The notes below the pieces were generated by a model. It was given only the letters and a program-made list of their open reading frames with translations. It had not been told where the DNA came from and did no database searches. Made by a program: the position numbers and the translations under genes. Source: Bdellovibrionia bacterium (lineage in GTDB: Bacteria > Bdellovibrionota > UBA1018). Taken from it: a DNA stretch of 14,813 nt. The DNA is taken from NCBI GenBank assembly GCA_049424145.1, contig JBMSSC010000066.1, positions 1 through 14,813 on the forward strand, given 5' to 3'. Below, piece by piece: positions 1 through 6,226 of this stretch (positions are counted from its first letter, which is position 1; each line of letters starts with the position of its first letter).

Positions 1-175
1 CCTCGACCTGATGCTCGGCTCGGCCGGCGTCAGCCCGTCCGAGACGCCGCGCGAGGCGGTCGGCAACAACCCGGCTGCATTCCAGTTCGTGAAGCAGGGC
101 CGCATCGACGGCTTCATCGCCGCCTTCAGCGTCGCGATCGCCCTGCGCGAGGCGAACGAGCCCTTCGAGTTCTTC
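1..175 (+). pseudogene. Partial, high-GC fragment of an ABC transporter substrate-binding protein (NMT1/THI5/SsuA-like); truncated, possibly a chimeric join
   Basis: Frame from position 2 reads LDLMLGSAGVSPSETPREAVGNNPAAFQFVKQGRIDGF..., resembling the 'l..G.iDa' segment of NMT1/SsuA-type binding proteins. GC is about 69% over 1-180 (hand count 125/180) with almost all-G/C third codon positions. It drops to about 57% over 181-360 and the codon style changes after ...ttcttc at ~175. Confidence 0.5.
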
Positions 176-682
176 AGGGGGGTCCAGTGGAAGTCCCTTT
201 TTGGAGACAAATTGCAGGCGATCCGTGGATGGCGATTCTCCTTGGATTCCACTGCCCAGATAGAGCACGGCCCATCGACCTGCTTGTGCGGGTTTGCCTA
301 AAGCCTGCGAGAGATTGGGCCAACACAGGCCCACTTTTAAGGTGGACGAGGGCAGAGCCAGGTGAGCGATTCGAGCCGTTCCTAAATGCTTGTCGGGCTC
401 TTGGGGGTGTTGCAGGATGAGGACCTGGAGTTGAGTTTTTAAAGGACGAATCTTGGAGCAAACGCACAGATCCTGAAGTTTAGAGCACCGGGGGCAAACA
501 CCAGCGGCTTCTTCTGGGGTGGGTTTTTTACTATTTTTTATATTTTTTTTTAAATGAAGCGAACTCAAGTGAGCGGGATCAGTCTGGGGTGAGCGAGGGG
601 GGGAAGGGGGTTGACGCATGGTCGGCGACACTAGCGGTTCAGAGCTCACTCGGCAAGCAGATTCTTCCGAGATCTGGGCTTT

Positions 683-1342
683 TCACGGTGCTCCTGCTGC
701 GGTTCCATAGTATCGTTGAACGCTTAACACTTTTCCTTGAATTAGGTTCTCAGCATCCCAAGAGCACTCAATGGGTGAGAACTCGGGATTGGCGGGAAGG
801 AGACGAACCGAATGGCTCTTTTTTTCAAAAATCTTCACCGTGGCTTCTCCGTCAAGGAGAGCGACAACGATTTCTCCATTTTCTGCATGGCTTTGCTTTT
901 TAACAATGACATAGTCTCCCTCGAGGATTCCGGCATCCTTCATACTGAAGCCTTTGACTTTTAAGGCATAAAGTGAACTCGGTCCTTCACTGCCCCGAGA
1001 AGAAGCACTCAGGCGACTTAAGTTCGAGGGAACCGAGAGGTAACCTAACGTGTTTTCAAAGGCTTCCGTCGGTTTGCCCGCAGGAACCATTCCTAAAATG
1101 GGAATGTCCATAGAGCAGGAACGATGCGTCAGTTGCAGCCCCCGCGCTAAGCCGCGCTCTTTTTGAAGCATCCCTTTTTTCATTAATGCTCGAATGTGAT
1201 CTTGAACCGTGCCTACGGCTTCGTAACCACAGCCCTGAGCAATGTCTCGATACGTAGGCGGTCGACCCGTTCGAGCGATTTCACTTTCGATGAAGGCTAA
1301 GACCTTGGCTTGCTTGGGTGATAAAGAAGTTAAATTGGGCAT
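683..1342 (-). CDS. lexA: LexA SOS repressor
   Basis: N-terminal wHTH (LSPKQAKVLAFI...PPTYRDIA...TVQDHIRAL.KKG), Ala-Gly autocleavage site (VPAGKP), S24 peptidase Ser (GFSM) and Lys (ATVK). SD-like GGAGA lies just before the ATG on the minus strand. Confidence 0.97.
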   Translation of the reverse strand: MPNLTSLSPKQAKVLAFIESEIARTGRPPTYRDIAQGCGYEAVGTVQDHIRALMKKGMLQKERGLARGLQLTHRSCSMDIPILGMVPAGKPTEAFENTLGYLSVPSNLSRLSASSRGSEGPSSLYALKVKGFSMKDAGILEGDYVIVKKQSHAENGEIVVALLDGEATVKIFEKKSHSVRLLPANPEFSPIECSWDAENLIQGKVLSVQRYYGTAAGAP

Positions 1343-1365
1343 GTGATCTCCATCAGAGTTGAGGT

Positions 1366-1394
1366 ACCATACGCCCGTATGGGCAGTATTTCAA
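1366..1394 (-). promoter_or_regulatory. sigma70-type promoter of lexA (-35 TTGAAA, 17 bp, -10 TATGGT)
   Basis: Minus strand reads TTGAAA-tactgcccatacgggcg-TATGGT (-35 at 1394-1389, -10 at 1371-1366), ending 23 bp upstream of the lexA ATG. Confidence 0.7.
1367..1382. promoter_or_regulatory. Putative LexA operator, copy 1 (CCATACGCCCGTATGG)
   Basis: Perfect 7-bp inverted repeat CCATACG-CC-CGTATGG between divergent lexA and imuA. It overlaps the lexA -10 and spacer, and the same motif recurs at the imuB start. Confidence 0.8.
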
Positions 1395-1954
1395 ATCAAA
1401 AATGGACCGAATTTTTAGCAGATTTTCCTCGCGCAACTCCTCTCAGCTTCCGGGATTCATTGCCTTTTTCCCTTTTCTCAGGAGGGATTCCCCGAGGTGC
1501 GCTAACGGAGCTGAGCTCTCCTTTAGGCTGTGGAAAGACAGAAGTTGTCTTAAAATTCCTAGCGGAGCATCCCGAACTTTCAGTTCTTTGGATTGAGCAG
1601 GAGTTTACGTTTTATCCCAATCGGATGCTCCAAGAGCGCGTCTCCTTGAATCGAGTCTTGTTTGTGGAGTCTTCAGAAGGTCCCTGGGTTGCTCTTCAGG
1701 GCTTAAAAGCCCAGATTTTTGAAGTGGTGGTTTTGAATTCCTTCATTCTTTCAGAAACGAATTTGCGTCGTTTGCAAATTGCAACTAAACGGGCCGGAAG
1801 TATTGTTTTTCTCCTTTCAGAACAACGAACTCAGTGCGGTGCTTGGGCGATTTTACTTCAGCTTGGGGTCGAAAAGCAGGGAGGTCAAATCCAGCTTTCC
1901 CTGGAGCACTCGTTACGTTCTACTGGGCGCTTGAAGAGTCAATTTTTTCGTTGA
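1379..1954 (+). CDS. imuA: ImuA/RecA-like mutasome accessory protein
   Basis: RecA-superfamily N-terminal pattern GGIPRGALTELSSPLGCGKTE, a 'WIE...YP...VSLNRVLFV' segment and the ImuA-typical 'LRRLQIA'. It lies next to lexA with imuB/dnaE2 nearby. ATG 1379 is preferred over GTG 1343, which abuts the lexA start. Confidence 0.85.
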   Translation: MGSISNQKWTEFLADFPRATPLSFRDSLPFSLFSGGIPRGALTELSSPLGCGKTEVVLKFLAEHPELSVLWIEQEFTFYPNRMLQERVSLNRVLFVESSEGPWVALQGLKAQIFEVVVLNSFILSETNLRRLQIATKRAGSIVFLLSEQRTQCGAWAILLQLGVEKQGGQIQLSLEHSLRSTGRLKSQFFR

Positions 1955-2112
1955 AATGAAGATCGTTGAATTGAGTAGTCGTGATTTTTTTTCTGCCGGA
2001 TCTTTTTTCTGCTCAGTGCACTTGAGGAGATCTCTAGTTTGATCTACTTTTCCCAGAGTTAGCTAGGATCTCCTATCTGAGTCCTAAGCTTCATTGGATT
2101 CTGTGATTATGC

Positions 2113-2156
2113 TTTACTTAAGATTTACTTGAGGTTTACTTAAGATTTAGATGAAG
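2113..2156 (+). repeat. 11-bp tandem direct repeats (TTTACTTAAGA, TTTACTTGAGG, TTTACTTAAGA, degenerate TTTAGATGAAG)
   Basis: Read directly at 2113-2123, 2124-2134, 2135-2145 and 2146-2156 in the AT-rich intergenic region. Confidence 0.75.
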
Positions 2157-2234
2157 CGCAGAGAGCCTTTCCTTTCAGTAGTTTAAAGTAGGTTTAGTTT
2201 TTTCTTTTCAAAATCTTTTAAAAATTATTTTATA

Positions 2235-2263
2235 TTTACAAACTAAATAAAATATTTTATATT
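2235..2263 (+). promoter_or_regulatory. sigma70-type promoter of the kinase-like lipoprotein gene
   Basis: TTTACA (2235-2240), a 17-bp spacer and TATATT (2258-2263), with AT-rich UP-like sequence upstream. A perfect palindrome ATAAAATATTTTAT (2247-2260) overlaps it. Confidence 0.6.
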
Positions 2264-2319
2264 GCTGTCCTCTTCTTGATTCTTTCTTCTGAGATTGGTT
2301 TTAGATGAGGGAAAGATCC

Positions 2320-3336
2320 GTGAAAAGAAAACAGAGTCTTTTGGTGTTCCTGCTCTTCGGGCTCTTCGGGCTCTTCGGGCTCTTCGGGCTCTCCGGGTGT
2401 GTGAGTTTTTCAGACTCTCTTCACTTGAGTGACGCTACATTAGACGAGCCTGTCCGGTCGATTTGGAAGAGTCAAATTCACAGTCATTGCGGAATTGACC
2501 CTAAAAAAGTCATACAGTTTCGTAAAGAACAAACGAAGTTTGATCCTTGGCTGTCCTTTGAGGAACAGCAAGCTACGGTTCGTCAAACACAAGCTTTAGC
2601 TCAGGGCCTCGTGAAAGAAAATCGGATTCAAGAAGCTATCTGGGTCTTAGATGAGTCGCAGGATCCAAGCTTGCTCGAACAATCTAAACAACTCAAGTTG
2701 CAACTTAAAAGTCTTTTGTCTGAGGGAAGCTTAAAGCTCACTCCCCTTTCATTGGGTGGGTCAACAAAAAAAAAGGTTTTTGAAATCGATTCGATCATGA
2801 CTATTTATAAAACAGGCGTGGATGAGGGTTTGGCTTGGTCCAATGTAAACGCTGAAGCAGCGGCCTATGTGGTGGATCAGTTTTTAGGAACCAATATCGT
2901 ACCCATGACTCTGAAAAGAGAGTGGGGGTCCTATTTTGGGTCAATTCAGGTTTTAGTCAAAAATATGGAGTCCGGTTCAAAATCTCATTTGCGGGCTAAG
3001 AACTTCGGTCATCTTGCGATCCTAGATTACGTGATTGGAAATATTGATCGTAAGGAGGAAAATTTTCTATACTGGCCCTCATTGGATCGTGTGATTGCAA
3101 TTGATAACGGGTATTCTTTTCGTTTAGATTGCTCTTGCTATGAAAAAGCAACAGACCCCCTTCATTACCTCTTAGAAGAAACTCCCGCGATGCAGAGAGT
3201 GAGAAATCATATTTACGACTTGGATTTAGATCAATTGGAAGCAGCTCTGACGCCTCTTTTTCCGGGAGATTCTCAAGCGGTGAGCGTTGTCCTTGGTCGA
3301 GTCGAAGAGCTGCAGAAAATTCTAAAAAGCATTTAA
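2320..3336 (+). CDS. Predicted lipoprotein with C-terminal PI3/PI4-kinase-like (HipA/type II PI4K-like) domain
   Basis: Basic N-terminus, hydrophobic stretch and lipobox LSGC. Kinase motifs are EAAAY..D..LG...VP.T, GSIQ, catalytic loop LDYVIGNIDRKEENFL and Mg-binding AIDNGYSF. GTG 2320 has SD-like GAGGGA upstream; the alternative start is ATG 2305. Confidence 0.7.
   Translation: MKRKQSLLVFLLFGLFGLFGLFGLSGCVSFSDSLHLSDATLDEPVRSIWKSQIHSHCGIDPKKVIQFRKEQTKFDPWLSFEEQQATVRQTQALAQGLVKENRIQEAIWVLDESQDPSLLEQSKQLKLQLKSLLSEGSLKLTPLSLGGSTKKKVFEIDSIMTIYKTGVDEGLAWSNVNAEAAAYVVDQFLGTNIVPMTLKREWGSYFGSIQVLVKNMESGSKSHLRAKNFGHLAILDYVIGNIDRKEENFLYWPSLDRVIAIDNGYSFRLDCSCYEKATDPLHYLLEETPAMQRVRNHIYDLDLDQLEAALTPLFPGDSQAVSVVLGRVEELQKILKSI
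2352..2396 (+). repeat. In-frame 9-bp tandem repeat (GCTCTTCGG)x4 plus GCTCTCCGG in the signal peptide
   Basis: Four perfect units and one with a single mismatch, encoding LFG-LFG-LFG-LFG-LSG immediately before the lipobox Cys. Confidence 0.9.
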
Positions 3337-4157
3337 ACGGAATGAGGTGTGGCCTTGGGCTCCATCACGAGGGGAGGTGTCTGAGGCGTTTGGAATTCTT
3401 CACTGAGCCTCTGAAATGGCTGAGTGCTTTGATCCTTCAGCTGAACTCCCGAGAGTTGTCGCGCAAGGCTCTGTTGAACTAAGTAGGTCAACTTATGAGC
3501 AGCTGCCTCATAGGAGAGTCCATGAGGCGGTCGAATGTTGGAGATGCAGTTGCGCGAAGAGTCTTGAGTTCCGGGTAGTGGAGCATAGGTGAGATAAATT
3601 CCTAAACTATCAGGTGAGCTCAGCCCAGGTCTCTCCCCAATGAGAATGACGCTTAAACGGGCCTTCAGGTGGTAGCCCACCTCATCGGAGAGGGCAACTC
3701 GAGAGTACGGAGCCAGAACTAAGGGTGCAATCCGAAGTGGCTGCTGGAGAGTCGAGAAGAACTGCTGCAAAAATGCCACCCCATGACGATGAATCGCTAG
3801 AGCCGATAGTCCATCGGACAGTGTGATAGCCAGATCCCAAGGCTTTAGGTCCTCTGTTTGGGATAATGCCTGCAGACTTGGGATTTCATTCGGATTTAAT
3901 TTTCTTCCGAGATCCGGTCGTTTTAAAAAGTCCAAGCGGGTATTGATCTGCGAACTGACACGTAGGGTAGGCCTCTGCATTGCGTGCAACTCGGATTGAG
4001 TGAGCTGCCAGTCCCACACGGATTGCACAGCGTCTTTTGCTGCTGCATGATCCCATTTGAGTTTGAGCTGCTCGCGCGTCGAAATGGAGTTTCCCTTGCG
4101 TTCGAGTCCCACTCGAGCCGTGGTCCATGGGCTGGCTGTTGAGAGTTCTTGTGACAT
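3333..4157 (-). CDS. eutC: Ethanolamine ammonia-lyase small subunit
   Basis: Motifs TTARVGLERKG, HAAAKDAV, LKRPDLGRKL, DGLSALA, LIGERPGLSSPDSLGIYLTY and RNCISNIRP.GL. ATG 4157 is 2 bp after the eutB stop. Confidence 0.95.
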   Translation of the reverse strand: MSQELSTASPWTTARVGLERKGNSISTREQLKLKWDHAAAKDAVQSVWDWQLTQSELHAMQRPTLRVSSQINTRLDFLKRPDLGRKLNPNEIPSLQALSQTEDLKPWDLAITLSDGLSALAIHRHGVAFLQQFFSTLQQPLRIAPLVLAPYSRVALSDEVGYHLKARLSVILIGERPGLSSPDSLGIYLTYAPLPGTQDSSRNCISNIRPPHGLSYEAAAHKLTYLVQQSLARQLSGVQLKDQSTQPFQRLSEEFQTPQTPPLVMEPKATPHSV

Positions 4158-4159
4158 GA

Positions 4160-5566
4160 TTAAAGTCCAATTTGAGAGTGAATCCACTGAAGTTGAGTTT
4201 TCAGTTGAGCTTGAGTGTGAGAGGGGTCAAAAAGCTGATTTTTTTCTGAATCCCAGATTTTCATTCGCATTAACCACTCCTCAAATTCAGGGGCAGGTTT
4301 TAAGCCGAGAAGGTTTCTACAGTACAGAGCATCATGAAACGAGGTGCTTTGGTAGTTGAGCATGATATCATCAGTGCCTGGAACACCCATGATGTAATTG
4401 CATCCTGCTGATCCCAGTAAGGTGAGCAAAACATCCATGTCGTCTTGATCCGCTTCAGTGTGATTCGTGTAACAAATGTCGCATCCCATGGGTAATCCTA
4501 AGAGCTTTCCTGAGAAGTGATCTTCAAGTCCAGCTCGAATAATTTGTTTTCCATTGAACAGGTATTCTGGGCCAATGAAGCCCACCACGGTATTGACCAG
4601 TAAAGGGTCAAATTCCCGAGCCACGGCGTAGGCTCTGACTTCCATCGTTTGTGCGTCCACACCAAAATGAGCATCCGAGGAGAGAGCTGAGCCCTGGCCT
4701 GTTTCAAAATACATACACTGATTGCCCACTGTGCCTCGTTTGAGTTCAAGTGCGGCTTGATGGGCTTCACGTAAAGTCTGAAGATTAAAGCCAAACGCTT
4801 CATTGGCTTTTTGAGATCCTGCAATGGATTGAAAAACAAGATCAACTGGGTAGCCCGAGGCGATCGCATCGATGCTGCTTGTCACATGGGTTAAGACGCA
4901 GGATTGGGTGGGAATCTCAAAGCGCAGACGCATTTCATCAAAAAGTAGCAAAAGTTCTCCAATCCGCTCGGGGTGGTCAGACGCCGGGTTAATCCCAATG
5001 ACCGCATCTCCACTGCCCAATAAGAGTCCATCTAAAACGCTCACCAGCACTCCTTTGGGATCATCGGTGGGATGATTGGGTTGTAGGCGTGTGGAGAGTC
5101 TTCCTTTGAGTCCCAGGGTGTTTCGAAAAGAAGTGATGACTTCACACTTGTGGGCAACGGAGATTAAATCTTGAATGCGCATGAGTTTAGAGACGGCAGC
5201 CACCATTTCAGCAGTAAGAGCAAAGCGAATCCGTCTGAGCTGTTCAGCTCTCACTTCGTTTGATAATAGCCAGTCTCTCAGCTCTCCTACTGTGAAATGG
5301 GAAATCGAGGAAAAAAGCTCCATCGAGTGCTGTTTGAGGATTAGGCGGGTGATTTCATCGCTCTCAGGGGGGATCACAAAGTCGGTTAAAAAGTGCTTCA
5401 GAGGAACTTGAGCCAGTGCGATTTGAGCTGCGGCTCGTTGGCGTTCGGATTGAGCAGCAATTCCTGCGAGTTCATCAGCAGAACGCGCGGGAGAGGCTTT
5501 GGCTAAGAGTTCTCGTAATCCTGTGAAGGTGAATCGTTCTCCTTGGATTTGAGCGCAGTAGGGCAT
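4160..5566 (-). CDS. eutB: Ethanolamine ammonia-lyase large subunit (AdoCbl-dependent)
   Basis: Motifs RLQPNHPTDD, GDAVIGINPASD, PTQSCVLTH, YFETGQGSALS, NTVVGFIGPEYL, RAGLEDHF and DDIMLNYQSTSFHD. GGAGG SD upstream. Confidence 0.97.
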   Translation of the reverse strand: MPYCAQIQGERFTFTGLRELLAKASPARSADELAGIAAQSERQRAAAQIALAQVPLKHFLTDFVIPPESDEITRLILKQHSMELFSSISHFTVGELRDWLLSNEVRAEQLRRIRFALTAEMVAAVSKLMRIQDLISVAHKCEVITSFRNTLGLKGRLSTRLQPNHPTDDPKGVLVSVLDGLLLGSGDAVIGINPASDHPERIGELLLLFDEMRLRFEIPTQSCVLTHVTSSIDAIASGYPVDLVFQSIAGSQKANEAFGFNLQTLREAHQAALELKRGTVGNQCMYFETGQGSALSSDAHFGVDAQTMEVRAYAVAREFDPLLVNTVVGFIGPEYLFNGKQIIRAGLEDHFSGKLLGLPMGCDICYTNHTEADQDDMDVLLTLLGSAGCNYIMGVPGTDDIMLNYQSTSFHDALYCRNLLGLKPAPEFEEWLMRMKIWDSEKNQLFDPSHTQAQLKTQLQWIHSQIGL

Positions 5567-5682
5567 GATGTAACCTCCATGAGTGTGAAGTTCCTGGGGT
5601 CAAATGGGAGAGTTAGCAGTCAATGAGATTGAACTCTGAGGAATCACTCGATCAGATCACTGGATTCGTAGCTCAGTCTTTT

Positions 5683-6051
5683 TTAAGCGAATTGTTTTTT
5701 TAAGAGTTGAATAATATCGTCCGATTCGTACAGCCATTGGACTTCTCCAGAGTCTTTTTCAATTCTCAGGCAAGGAACCTGCAACATCCCTCCTTTTTCA
5801 ATCAGCTCCTGGCGATATGAGGGGTTTCCTTGTGCATCTCTGAGCTCAATTTTTAAACCCAGTTTTTTAATCACTCGTCGTACTTTGACGCAGAACGGGC
5901 AGGCCTTGAATTCATAAAGACTCAACTTTTTTGTTTGAGCATCGAGGAGAAGCTGAGCTTCCTGAGAGCGCTGGATCGGCTTGGGCTGAAAGACCCCATC
6001 TAAACCTAAAATGATTTGACCTAAGAGGCTTCGAATGAGTTTGAGGAGCAT
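5683..6051 (-). CDS. Glutaredoxin-like (GST-N/thioredoxin fold) protein
   Basis: CPFC active site, 'QVPCLRIE' cis-Pro motif and 'LYESDDII'. The family-like N-terminus begins MLLKLIRSLLGQII at ATG 6051 with AAGG upstream; the longer ORF to 6243 is probably not translated. Confidence 0.85.
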   Translation of the reverse strand: MLLKLIRSLLGQIILGLDGVFQPKPIQRSQEAQLLLDAQTKKLSLYEFKACPFCVKVRRVIKKLGLKIELRDAQGNPSYRQELIEKGGMLQVPCLRIEKDSGEVQWLYESDDIIQLLKKQFA

Positions 6052-6210
6052 GCAATTACCTTTTTGATTTTGTGGTTTTTTATCTTTTTGAGAGGAGGTT
6101 TCCTCTTCGTTTTCCACAGCTTCTCCCTCGAGCTCGGATTGAGCAAGCTCATTTTTTTCAGGGGCCAAAAGGGAATCTTCTTGATTTGTGGGAATCTCCT
6201 CCGCTAAATG

Positions 6211-6226
6211 CCATACATCTGTATGG
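6211..6226. promoter_or_regulatory. Putative LexA operator, copy 2 (CCATACATCTGTATGG)
   Basis: Perfect 7-bp inverted repeat CCATACA-TC-TGTATGG at the imuB start, with 6-bp arms identical to copy 1. Confidence 0.8.

Noticed and set aside
176..680. Short ORFs (187-420, 174-467), a weak hairpin plus T-tract at ~498-550 and G-runs at 586-610
   Set aside because: No recognisable protein motifs. The terminator stem is poor and G-quadruplex potential is marginal; these could be a gene 3' remnant but cannot be supported.
1955..2110. Cluster of GATC/GATCT sites next to AT-rich DNA resembling an oriC unwinding region
   Set aside because: No convincing DnaA boxes (the best I saw, TGTGATTAT, has three mismatches) and no origin-typical neighbouring genes.
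2113..2396. Tandem repeats as a possible CRISPR array
   Set aside because: Units are 9-11 bp and contiguous, with no spacers and no cas genes.
5567..5682. Cobalamin riboswitch upstream of eutB
   Set aside because: The gap is only 116 bp and I see no B12-box or other conserved riboswitch elements.
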